A stretch of DNA of 64,000 nt from positions 62,001-126,000 of the IMG/VR virus record IMGVR_UViG_3300027816_000051; one strand, written 5' to 3'. This document shows, one piece after another, positions 41,615 through 54,900 of the stretch (positions within the stretch are counted from its first letter, which is position 1; each line of letters starts with the position of its first letter). The notes beneath the pieces were generated by a model. It worked only from the letters and a program-made list of their open reading frames with translations, did no database searches and was not told the DNA's origin. A program made the translations under genes and the position numbers.

Positions 41615-44600
41615 TGGCAAGGAGAAAAGTACCGAGTCAAGCGTCAAGCGGAGCGGAAACATTTAATGATTTCTTAGTTGGTAGACAGATAACTGATGGT
41701 TCATCTGCACTAACCAACACCGTATTTGCGCTTGATAAGTCTATCCCTGACAAAGATTCTAAAAATTTTACGAGTAACCCATTCTCTCAATTTTTAACAT
41801 TAGATACGTTAAAAGAGGTTGAGGGTATTCAAACAACATCAGCAACACCAAGAAAAAAGAGAACTGACGAAGTAAGGTTTAAGGGCAACAAAAAATATGC
41901 CGATAAATCTTTATTTGGTTCGTTAACAAGTAGAATTTTAGTTTCATTAACTAGAATTATAAACAAGTTTCCGGGTGGAATTTCAATCTTATCGGACAGT
42001 CCTATAGGTGTTTCTAATTACAGTGCTAGTGGAATAACATATAACGATAGCACCAATACCACAACTTTTTACATCGAAAGAAGTAAAATATTCAATCCTT
42101 TTGATTTAGTTTTTGTTGAGCCTAATTCAGTAGTTAAACCAGAAACTGAAAACGAATTAAGAAATTTTTATTCGTCTTATACAAAATATGTTGTTGTTAC
42201 AAATAACACACCATATCCAATTTTAGAATACAGCGAACCGAATACAAACAATAGAATTTACTTAAAGGTATATGGACAACCATTTACTGGTTCAACATAT
42301 TCAGAAAATTTATTGATAAGACCAAACGATGGTTTAGTTGAAGAATTTTTCGAAGGGTTAGACGATTTAGAGGAATCACTTTTAAATAGAGAAACAAATC
42401 CAATTTATACTTCATCATTTAAAGTACCGAGAGATGTTCAAGACAATTCAAAAACATCTTTGGTTGATGTTGTAATAACTTGGCCAATATCTAATGATGG
42501 TTATAACATACAAATAACCGGTTTTGATTACGATTTATATGTTGGTAAATTAAAAGATATTGCTGATGAGATAGATGTGTATAAATCTAATCTAATGGTT
42601 AGATTTTTAGCCGCACCACAGTTATTTGAATTTGACACCGAAGATAAAAGAGCTGAAAGTGTATTTCAATTATATGGTCAAAGCTTTGATAGTGTAAAGA
42701 AATACATAGACAACATAGCTTATATGAGAAACGTAAGTTATGATGGAATTAATAATTTACCTGATGTACTTTTAAAAAACTTAGCAGAAAATTTAGGTTT
42801 ATCAACATTAAATTTATTCGATGAAAATAGTCTAAATGATGTTTTATATTCAAGATTACAATCAAATTATGACGGAGTATCAACCGGTACGAATTTAATT
42901 GAAGCTGAGTATGAGTTTTATCGAAGATTACTTATAAATCTTGCTCACATTTATAAATCAAAAGGAACAAAATCCTCTATTGATTTCTTTTTAAAATTTT
43001 TGGGGGCACCCGAGCCTTTGATTAGGATTGATGAATACATTTATAAAGTAACGTCAATTCCATCTAGTTTTAATTTACAACAAGACATATACGATGCGAT
43101 TCAAGGTAACAAAAGATATTCTTACGCCACCTTTGATAGTACAGGTTTCACATATTCTAAAGTTTACTACTCAGCGTCAACAACATTTGACAGAGAGGGT
43201 TACCCTGTAGACGAAAAAACTGGACTACCAAGAAGAGCATATAACGAAACTGAAAACATATTCTTTGGTAAAGGTTCAGGATGGTACGATATTACATTAT
43301 CACACCGTACTCCACTCGTTTTAGACAGTAGTAACTCAATACTAACGGGTAACACCAAAACAATTAAAACAAAGAATAAAAACTACACATACGGAGAAGA
43401 ATACTTTGATTTATATAGAACATTACCAGGTTTAGATACCGGTTATGAATTGGTTTCCGCGGTCGATAATAAAGACGGAAAACCAATTGAGGATGATTAT
43501 TTATTAATTTTAAATAGAAAAAACATTGGAATTTATATCTCACCATCACGAGGTATAGATTATGATATCTTTAGACAAAGTAGAGAATTATTAATAAGTT
43601 TTGGTACAAATACTTTATTACCCCAAACAGGTAAAACTTTTGCTGAATTTTTAGACACCTTTATTCATGGACTTGTAACAAATTCTAACAAAATTCGTTA
43701 CAAAAAAAATTATATTCAATTAGAAGATGTCTATAGAGATTATATATCACAAACAACAGGTTTTACACCATATAATCAAATAAATGTTATTGAATTTGTT
43801 AATAAATTATCACCTTATTGGCCACAATTAGTTGAACAATTAGTACCATCAACCACTCAATGGACCGGCGGTAATTTAATAGAAAATAACGTGTTTGGTA
43901 GACCAAAATATCAATATAGATATGATTGTCAACCATTAGAATTTATTGAGGAACTATACCCTGATTTTGAAAATGTAATTGAGGAAGATTTAGAAAATAT
44001 TTTAGGTGAAGAAAATAATTTTAGAGGTTTAATAAACCTTACAGGTGTTACTTACTATCCTGTAATTGAAATTGATGGAACAGTTTATGGTGGGGCCGAC
44101 TACACGGGTCTAACATCCTCTATGTATGTGATTGTTAGTGGAACAAGTAACACTTCAAACAGTGCAAAATTATTTGATGCACAACCATTTACAGGATGTA
44201 CAAGTGGGGTCACCAGTGGTGATACGGTAAATCTTTCCTTAATATGTGATTATAAAGATTATCTTGAACCTGATGTTACTAAAATTAAAGAACTATGGTT
44301 ATCGGCGTTATCTGTATTGATTGATGACGTAACTATTACAAGAAATAGTGCAGGGTATGAACCCTATTCTGCTTTCACGGGAACCACAGGCCAAACATAT
44401 TTTTCAGAAACAATACCATTAATAAAATACACAACATACACTGATGAAAATGGTGTTGAAAAAGTTAAGTTTTCATCCGTAAAATTAGGTCCAAACGAAT
44501 GTTCAGTGGTCGACTATTTTGATTATCGATTTGATGCCGATTACAAAATCACAAAAAATACAAATGGAATCAGTGTTAAAGTTTATACTGATAATACCGT

Positions 44601-45858
44601 TTATTGCGACTCAAACAGTGGATGTACATTAGTGAGTGATGTGTTTTTTGAAGTAATTGGATACAAAACAGGTATCCAACAAGGTTCAACATGGCCATTT
44701 AACATTTATGCTAATTGTGTAAGTGGAACAAATGAAAATGCGGATGTTTACATTCAAAAAGTTAGTGATTGTGTATATAAATTAACTGGTTTTTCAGAAA
44801 ATGATGTAATAGATTTTAATATTGTAGATGCAGCAAATAAAGAAGTAAAATTCAAAATTGAAGGTCTACAACCCAAAATTGAACATGACCCATGTCCAAC
44901 ACCATCAGGAAAAAGTCACGTAGAATTATTTAGTATTGTTGGTTACCAAGGAACAATATCATCCCCAATTTCAGTTGTTTCAGGTGCAACATATTGTGAC
45001 AATTACACAGGTTACACAATACAACCAAAAGTTGAATACAAATCAAACTTTAACTATGGTTTAAAATGTGACTCTATAGTTTTAGTAGTTGATAGCGGAT
45101 TAACCATTGACAACCAAACTACAGATGACAATATTGAAAGTTATATTAGTGGTGGTACGATAAGTGGTAAAAGTGTTTGTGATTTAAATGTTGGGGAATA
45201 TGTTTTATCTGCATCTTACAAACAATGTACAGAATATAGTCACCAACAAATTGTGAATGGACCTGTATCAGGGTATTCATTTACGTACAACTATCAAAAA
45301 CTTGAAATTACAGACATTGAATGTTTAGCATCAATCAAGAAAAGTATCATTACAGGATTAACCCAAAATAATACTTATGAAGTTTTTGAAGTTTTACCAA
45401 CAACACAACTAAGAGTTTATACAAATAGAATCATTGAAAATTTTGGAACACCTACAAATAGTGTTTACTTTTTTGACGATAGGTTCCCAGAGGAATTACA
45501 AAAAAAACCAACAGATTTTATTGAACCTTGTTGTGACCATCCGAAAGAATTATATAACCATGGGGATTATTTAATAAACAAATATGGTAAAACCATAGAA
45601 GTAATTGATGTCGACTTAAATTATTGCGATACAGGATTATACTTCAATCTAAATTTTGAATTAGACAATACACCACTAACTGATGAATTTGTTGTTGTTT
45701 TCAATGGAAATAACAGCGACCAAATTCTGATGAAACACAAATACGATAAACATCCAAATATTGGATTCAACCTCGGTCAATATTATATCGATGCCAACCA
45801 TTGTCCTACAGAACCAACTAATGAGGAATTAAGTAGTTCCATTTTTGATTGTCCATGA
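41614..45858 (+). CDS. baseplate wedge / tail protein (T4 gp7 / P2 gpI-like core) with a Cys-rich C-terminal extension
   Basis: LPDVLLKNLAENLG...YRRLLINLAHIYKSKGTKSSIDFFLKFLG matches the gpI/gp7-like pattern. Confidence 0.65.
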   Translation: MARRKVPSQASSGAETFNDFLVGRQITDGSSALTNTVFALDKSIPDKDSKNFTSNPFSQFLTLDTLKEVEGIQTTSATPRKKRTDEVRFKGNKKYADKSLFGSLTSRILVSLTRIINKFPGGISILSDSPIGVSNYSASGITYNDSTNTTTFYIERSKIFNPFDLVFVEPNSVVKPETENELRNFYSSYTKYVVVTNNTPYPILEYSEPNTNNRIYLKVYGQPFTGSTYSENLLIRPNDGLVEEFFEGLDDLEESLLNRETNPIYTSSFKVPRDVQDNSKTSLVDVVITWPISNDGYNIQITGFDYDLYVGKLKDIADEIDVYKSNLMVRFLAAPQLFEFDTEDKRAESVFQLYGQSFDSVKKYIDNIAYMRNVSYDGINNLPDVLLKNLAENLGLSTLNLFDENSLNDVLYSRLQSNYDGVSTGTNLIEAEYEFYRRLLINLAHIYKSKGTKSSIDFFLKFLGAPEPLIRIDEYIYKVTSIPSSFNLQQDIYDAIQGNKRYSYATFDSTGFTYSKVYYSASTTFDREGYPVDEKTGLPRRAYNETENIFFGKGSGWYDITLSHRTPLVLDSSNSILTGNTKTIKTKNKNYTYGEEYFDLYRTLPGLDTGYELVSAVDNKDGKPIEDDYLLILNRKNIGIYISPSRGIDYDIFRQSRELLISFGTNTLLPQTGKTFAEFLDTFIHGLVTNSNKIRYKKNYIQLEDVYRDYISQTTGFTPYNQINVIEFVNKLSPYWPQLVEQLVPSTTQWTGGNLIENNVFGRPKYQYRYDCQPLEFIEELYPDFENVIEEDLENILGEENNFRGLINLTGVTYYPVIEIDGTVYGGADYTGLTSSMYVIVSGTSNTSNSAKLFDAQPFTGCTSGVTSGDTVNLSLICDYKDYLEPDVTKIKELWLSALSVLIDDVTITRNSAGYEPYSAFTGTTGQTYFSETIPLIKYTTYTDENGVEKVKFSSVKLGPNECSVVDYFDYRFDADYKITKNTNGISVKVYTDNTVYCDSNSGCTLVSDVFFEVIGYKTGIQQGSTWPFNIYANCVSGTNENADVYIQKVSDCVYKLTGFSENDVIDFNIVDAANKEVKFKIEGLQPKIEHDPCPTPSGKSHVELFSIVGYQGTISSPISVVSGATYCDNYTGYTIQPKVEYKSNFNYGLKCDSIVLVVDSGLTIDNQTTDDNIESYISGGTISGKSVCDLNVGEYVLSASYKQCTEYSHQQIVNGPVSGYSFTYNYQKLEITDIECLASIKKSIITGLTQNNTYEVFEVLPTTQLRVYTNRIIENFGTPTNSVYFFDDRFPEELQKKPTDFIEPCCDHPKELYNHGDYLINKYGKTIEVIDVDLNYCDTGLYFNLNFELDNTPLTDEFVVVFNGNNSDQILMKHKYDKHPNIGFNLGQYYIDANHCPTEPTNEELSSSIFDCP

Positions 45859-45977
45859 TAAAAACTGTAAAAATAGACGTTGACAATACCCGAATAAATG
45901 AGTATATTTTTATAATAAAAATAGATATAGATAAGACTGTAGATTTAAATGGCATTAATAAAAATAAACACAGGTAA
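45855..45977 (+). CDS. possible 40-aa bridging mini-ORF
   Basis: ATGA overlap with the upstream stop. [40 protein letters not shown] overlaps the start of the giant gene. Confidence 0.3.
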   Translation: MIKTVKIDVDNTRINEYIFIIKIDIDKTVDLNGINKNKHR

Positions 45978-48900
45978 TTTTGATGGTGAAATTGGTGTTA
46001 TCACATTTTATCCTTGTACTGGCGGTACCTTGAATTTAGGTACTGTCGTGATGCCATATTATTACGACACAAACTACTACTTAGGTACTTACTCAGTTTA
46101 TTTTCCGTCACTTGATAAAACTTGTGTGGCTGAGATTCCTTGCCCTACACCTTCACCTACACCTTCACCAACACTTACACCATCATTAACACCAACACCA
46201 ACAACCTTTACTTCAAATACCCCAACCCCAACAGTTACCAAAACCCCTACTGTTACACCTACGGTTACAAAAACACCTACTGTTACCCCAACCAATACTA
46301 TCACTCCAACAAATACTCCTACGAATACCGTAACTCCGACTAATACTCCAACAAACGAGCCTACAGTTACCCCAACTGAAACTCCTACAGTTACTCCAAC
46401 TAACACAGTAACTCCAACCAATACCCCAACAAATACCCCAACGGTTACCCCAACTGAAACTCCTACAGTTACCCCAACTAACACAGTAACTCCAACCGAA
46501 TCACCAGCCAACACACCTACTGTAACTCCTACGAATACAGTTACACCAACCGAGACACCAACTGTTACTCCGACCGAAACTCCAACTGTAACCCCAACAA
46601 ATACGGTAACCCCAACCAATACACCAACTGAAACACCTACCAACACCCCAACAAATACAGTTACCCCTACCGAAACTCCAACTGTAACTCCAACAAATAC
46701 GGTAACCCCTACCGAAACACCTACCAATACACCAACTCATACAGTAACCCCTACCGAAACACCAACCAATACCCCAACTAATACACCGACTGAAACACCC
46801 ACTAACACCCCAACAAATACTGTTACCCCAACTAATACACCAACCGAAACACCAACCGAAACACCAACCAATACCCCAACCAACACCGTAACTCCAACTG
46901 TTACCCCAACTGTTACCCCAACTGTAACTCCAACCAATACTGTTACCCCAACTAATACACCAACCGAAACACCAACCGAAACACCAACCAATACTCCAAC
47001 CAACACCGTAACCCTAACCGTTACCCCTACCGAAACACCAACCAACACCCCAACTAATACTCCGACTAACACAGTAACACCAACACTGAGTCCAACCGTT
47101 ACCCCTACCGAAACACCTACCAATACCCCAACCAACACCATAACACCAACTAACACTCCGACTAATACCTCAACTGTAACTCCAACCAATACTGTAACTC
47201 CAACCAATACACCCACTGTAACACAAACTGAAACACCTACCCTAACACCAACAAATACTGCAACCGTTACACCAACTCAAACCCCAACCAATACTCCTAC
47301 CAATACTGTTACACCAACGGTTACCCCAACTAACACTCCAACTGTAACTCCAACAAATACGGTAGCTCCAACTAATACACCTACAAATACACCAACCGAA
47401 ACACCAACAAATACCCCCACCAACACACCAACAAATACTCCCACAGAAACACCAACACTTACACCAACCAACACCGTAACCCCTACCAATACAGTCACAC
47501 CAACCAATACTGTTACAGTGACTCCAACAGAAACTGTGACACCAACTAATACACCTACAAACACCCCAACTAATACACCAACAAATACGGTTACACCTAC
47601 GAATACTCCAACCAACACAGTAACTCCAACAAATACTCCAACTAACACTCCAACATTAAGTCCTACCAATACCGTAACTCCTACCAACACCCCAACAAAC
47701 ACACCGACGAATACAGTAACTCCAACTCAGACACCTACAAATACTCCTACAAATACCGTTACACCAACCAATACCCCAACCAATACCCCAACCAACACCG
47801 TAACTCCAACAAACACTCCTACCAACACTCCTACAAACACTCCCACAAATACCGTAACTCCAACCAACACCGTAACTCCGACTAATACACCTACAAACAC
47901 ACCAACGAATACTGTGACTCCTACATTGAGTCCTACGGTAACACCAACTAACACCGTAACACCAACCAATACTCCAACCAATACACCTACCAATACTGTG
48001 ACTCCTACATTGAGTCCTACGGTAACACCAACTAACACCGTAACACCAACCAATACTCCAACTAACACGCCGACCAACACTCCTACTAACACTGTAACAC
48101 CAACATTGAGTCCAACAGTGACTCCAACCAATACAGTTACCCCCACAAACACCCCGACAAATACTGTAACTCCAACCAATACTGTAACTCCAACAAATAC
48201 ACCAAGTGTAACTGTGACGGTTTCACCAACACCAGCACCTTCTTGTGACATTGATTATACAATGTTACCCTCACCAACTCCAACGAGCACCCCAACACCC
48301 ACCAATACTCCAACGGTAACACCAACCAACACTGTAACACCATCCGTTACATTAACCAATACTCCCACAAACACACCAACCAATACAGTAACTCCTACTA
48401 ACACCCCAACTAATACACCAACAAAAACTGTTACACCAACTTTAACTCCAACAAATACTCCAACTAATACTGTAACACCAACCAATACACCAACAAACAC
48501 TCCTACCAATACAGTTACTCCTACATTGAGTCCAACAGTTACTCCTACCAATACTGTTACCCCAACCAATACTCCTACCAATACCCCAACCAATACAGTT
48601 ACACCTACATTGACTCCAACAGCGACCCCAACCAACACCGTAACCCCTACAAATACCCCAACATTAAGCCCCACCAATACTCCAACCAACACCGTAACCC
48701 CTACAAATACTGTAACACCAACGAATACCCCAACCAACACTCCGACAAACACCCCAACAAACACTGTAACACCAACCAACACTCCAACAAACACTGTAAC
48801 ACCGACCAATACTCCAACAAATACCCCTACTAATACTGCTACTCCTACAAATACACCAACTAATACTCCTACCAATACGGTAACCCCTACAAATACACCA

Positions 48901-51900
48901 ACTAACACTCCTACCAATACGGTATCCCCAACACTGACACCTACTAACACCCCTACGAACACCGTAACACCAACAAACACACCAACTAACACACCAACTA
49001 ATACTGTAACACCAACTAACACTCCTACCAACACCCCAACCAACACAGTTACTCCTACCAATACGCCAACTAATACTCCTACCAATACGGTAACGCCAAC
49101 ATTGAGTCCAACAGTGACTCCAACCAATACCGTTACACCAACTCAAACCCCTACAAATACCCCAACTAACACCGTAACACCAACCAATACACCTACGAAT
49201 ACCCCCACTAATACTCCAACAAATACCGTAACCCCAACAAACACGCCTACGAATACACCAACAGTAACCCCTACCAATACCGTAACCCCAACAAATACAC
49301 CGACGGTAACTCCGACCAATACAGTCACACCAACTAATACACCAACCAACACTCCTACCAATACGGCTACCAATACAGTTACTCCTACCAATACACCCAC
49401 AAATACACCAACAAATACGGTTACACCAACTAACACTCCTACTAATACTCCAACAAATACCGTAACACCGACACTGACACCTACAAATACCCCGACAAAC
49501 ACTCCAACCAATACAGTTACTCCAACCAATACTGTAACTCCTACCAACACCCCTACCAACACCCCAACAAATACTCCAACAAATACAGTCACCCCAACTA
49601 ATACTCCAACCAATACTGTCACCCCTACCAATACTCCTACAAACACCCCCACCAATACTGTCACCCCTACCAATACTCCTACCAATACTCCTACAAATAC
49701 AGTAACTCCAACTAACACCCCAACAAATACTCCAACAAATACAGTCACCCCAACCAATACTCCTACCAATACGCCCACCAATACTGTCACCCCTACCAAT
49801 ACTCCTACCAATACTTCTACAAATACAGTAACTCCAACTAATACTCCTACCAATACGCCTACTAATACTGTAACTCCAACCAACACCCCAACTGTAACTC
49901 CTACCAATACTGTTACACCAACAAACACTCCTACTAACACACCAACCAATACTGTTACACCAACAAACACTCCTACTAACACACCAACCAATACGGTAAC
50001 TCCTACCAACACCCCAACTAACACACCAACCAATACGGTAACTCCTACCAACACCCCAACTAACACCCCAACAAATACTGTTACACCAACAAATACTCCC
50101 ACCAATACCCCAACAAACACGGTGACTCCAACAAACACTCCTACTAACACCCCAACAAATACAGTAACACCAACATTGAGTCCTACAGTAACTCCTACGA
50201 ACACAGTAACTCCTACAAATACTCCCACAAACACTCCGACCAACACCGTTACACCAACAAATACCCCAACCAATACCCCGACAAATACAGTAACCCCAAC
50301 TAACACACCTACCAACACTCCAACTAATACAGTAACTCCCACATTAAGTCCAACTGTGACTCCTACTAATACTGTGACTCCTACAAACACTCCTACCAAC
50401 ACACCAACAAATACAGTTACACCTACATTGAGTCCAACAGTGACTCCAACCAGCACCGTAACCCCAACTAATACGCCAACATTAAGTCCTACCAATACTC
50501 CAACCAACACTGTTACTCCTACAAATACCGTTACACCAACCAATACACCTACCAATACCCCAACAAACACCGTAACCCCAACACTAACCCCAACTAACAC
50601 TCCAACCAATACTCCTACAAATACGGTATCTCCAACCAACACCGTAACCCCAACAAATACACCAACTAACACTCCAACCAATACTCCCACCAACACTGTT
50701 ACTCCAACCAACACCCCGACCAACACTCCGACTAATACAGTAACTCCTACCAATACCCCAACAAATACCCCAACAAATACAGTTACACCTACATTGAGTC
50801 CAACGGTGACTCCTACTAATACTGTAACTCCTACCAACACTCCGACCAACACACCAACCAATACTGTTACACCTACATTGAGTCCAACGGTGACTCCTAC
50901 TAATACTGTTACACCCACTAACACGCCAACTAACACTCCTACTAACACTGTAACACCAACTCAGACTCCCACGAACACGCCTACAAATACAGTAACACCT
51001 ACTAACACACCTACTAATACACCAACAAATACGGTAACACCAACCAACACCCCTACGAACACGCCGACTAACACCCCAACCAATACAGTCACACCAACTA
51101 ATACCGTAACTCCAACAAATACGCCAACCAATACTCCTACCAATACGCCAACCAATACCGTAACACCAACTCAGACACCGACAAATACCCCAACAAAAAC
51201 TGTTACACCAACATTGAGTCCGACTGTGACACCAACAAATACTGTTACTCCAACCAATACCCCCACCAATACTCCAACTAACACAGTAACCCCAACCAAT
51301 ACTCCAACTGTAACACCTACGAATACTGTTACACCTACAAATACACCGACGAATACACCAACCAATACGGTAACTCCAACCAACACCCCAACCAATACCC
51401 CAACTAGTACTGTTACACCAACATTAAGCCCGACACTAACACCAACCAATACAGTAACTCCAACATTGAGTCCGACTGTAACTCCAACAAGAACGGTTAC
51501 ACCTACTTTAACACCAACCAATACACCGACAAATACGGTAACCCCTACAAATACTCCCACCAACACCCCAACAAACACTCCAACCAATACAGTCACCCCA
51601 ACAAACACCGTAACACCAACCAACACCCCCACAAACACTCCAACCAATACTCCAACAAACACCGTAACACCAACCAACACACCAACCAAGACTGTAACTC
51701 CAACCAATACCCCAACCAATACTCCAACTAATACAGTAACCCCAACTAATACACCAACCAATACTCCAACGAACACCGTAACTCCAACCAACACCCCAAC
51801 CAACACTGTAACTCCAACAAATACACCTACAGTTACCCCGACTAACACAGTAACACCTACACTGAGTCCGACTGTAACCCCTACGAATACAGTTACACCA

Positions 51901-54900
51901 ACTCAGACACCTACAAATACTCCAACTAACACCGTAACTCCTACCAACACACCAACTAACACACCAACTAACACTGTTACACCCACAAATACACCAACCA
52001 ATACAGTTACTCCTACCAATACACCTACTAACACTCCAACTAACACAGTAACCCCTACCAATACCCCTACGAACACTCCTACTAATACAGTAACTCCTAC
52101 AAACACCGTAACACCAACCAACACACCAACCAATACTCCAACCAACACTGTCACCCCTACATTGAGTCCTACGGTAACTCCTACGAACACAGTTACCCCT
52201 ACTAACACACCGACTAAGACCGTGACTCCCACATTGAGTCCGACTGTGACTCCTACAAATACTGTTACACCAACTCAAACCCCTACGAATACACCAACTA
52301 ATACAGTTACACCAACTAATACACCTACAAACACCCCAACAAATACAGTTACACCTACAAATACCCCAACTAACACTCCAACCAATACAGTAACCCCTAC
52401 ACTGAGTCCAACCGTAACACCAACTAATACTGTCACACCCACGAATACACCAACCAATACCCCTACGAATACTGTAACCCCTACCAACACCCCTACTAAT
52501 ACTCCTACAAATACGGTTACACCAACTAACACTCCAACAAGAACGGTTACACCTACTTTAACACCAACCAATACACCGACAAATACGGTAACCCCTACAA
52601 ATACTCCCACCAATACCCCAACAAACACGGTGACTCCTACATTAACACCAACTGTAACTCCTACAAATACCGTAACACCAACCAATACTCCTACAAATAC
52701 TCCTACTAACACAGTAACACCTACCAATACCCCTACAAACACACCAACAAACACTGTAACTCCAACTAACACCCCTACTAATACTCCGACGAATACGGTA
52801 ACTCCAACCAATACCCCAACAAACACACCTACCAACACCGTAACACCTACAAATACTCCTACTAAAACTGTGACTCCCACATTGAGTCCAACAGTTACAC
52901 CTACCAACACCGTAACACCTACAAATACTCCCACAAATACCCCTACTAACACAGTAACACCAACAAATACACCAACCAACACTCCAACTAATACCGTTAC
53001 CCCAACTAACACACCTACAAATACACCAACAAATACTGTGACTCCTACATTGAGTCCAACAGTTACACCTACCAACACCGTAACACCTACAAATACCCCT
53101 ACCAACACCCCAACAAATACAGTAACACCTACATTGAGTCCGACTGTGACTCCAACTAACACCGTTACGCCAACTAACACACCTACCAACACTCCAACTA
53201 ACACCGTAACCCCTACCAGCACCCCCACAAGAACCGTTACACCTACATTAACTCCAACCAATACCCCTACTAATACCGTAACCCCAACAAATACCCCAAC
53301 CAATACCCCTACTAATACCGTAACCCCAACAAATACCCCAACAAACACTCCAACTAATACCGTAACCCCAACAAATACCCCAACAAACACTCCAACTAAT
53401 ACCGTAACCCCTACCAACACCCCCACAAGAACCGTTACACCTACATTAACTCCAACCAACACACCAACTAATACTGTAACCCCAACCAACACTCCTACAA
53501 ACACTCCAACGAATACAGTTACACCAACCAATACACCAACTAACACCCCAACCAACACTGTAACTCCAACATTGAGCCCTACAGTGACTCCCACTAATAC
53601 AGTTACACCAACTAACACACCAACCAATACCCCAACCAACACCGTAACTCCAACAAACACCCCTACTAAAACTGTAACTCCCACATTGAGCCCTACGGTA
53701 ACCCCAACAAACACTGTTACTCCAACCAACACCCCAACTAATACTCCAACTAATACTGTTACTCCAACCAACACCCCAACCAACACCCCAACTAATACTG
53801 TTACACCGACCAACACACCAACGAATACTATAACTCCTACTAATACTCCTACCAAAACTGTTACACCAACTCTAACCCCAACGAATACACCGACCAATAC
53901 TCCTACAAACACAGTAACCCCAACCAATACCGTAACACCAACTAACACTCCAACCAACACTGTAACTCCAACTAATACACCAACCAACACCCCAACTAAT
54001 ACTCCGACAAACACTGTTACGCCAACCAATACACCAACAAAAACTGTCACACCAACTTTAACCCCAACCAACACCGTAACACCAACCAATACCCCGACTA
54101 ATACACCTACAAATACTGTTACTCCAACTAATACACCTACAAACACTCCAACCAACACCGTAACCCCAACCAATACACCAACTAATACGGTGACTCCCAC
54201 ATTGAGTCCTACGGTAACTCCTACAAATACTGTAACCCCTACTAATACTCCTACCAAAACTGTTACACCAACTCTAACCCCAACGAATACTCCTACCAAT
54301 ACTGTAACCCCTACCAATACTCCTACCAATACTGTAACCCCTACCAATACTCCTACCAATACTCCAACAAATACTGTTACCCCAACTCAGACACCTACTA
54401 ACACTCCAACGAATACAGTCACACCAACCAACACACCAACTAATACTGTAACTCCTACATTGAGTCCTACGGTAACTCCGACCAATACGGTAACCCCAAC
54501 AAACACACCAACTAACACACCAACTAATACTGTAACGCCAACTAATACACCAACAAAAACTGTTACACCAACTTTAACTCCAACCAATACCCCAACTAAT
54601 ACTGTAACACCTACCAATACACCAACAAACACTGTTACGCCAACTTTAACTCCAACCAATACCCCGACCAATACCCCAACAAATACCGTTACTCCAACCA
54701 ACACAGTTACCCCGACCAATACCCCAACTAAGACAGTCACCCCAACTCAGACTCCCACCAATACTCCAACCAATACCCCCACAAACACTGTAACTCCAAC
54801 AAACACTGTTACGCCAACAAATACTCCAACTAATACGGTAACACCGACTAACACTGTAACGCCGACCAATACCGTAACCCCCACTAACACTGTAACTCCA

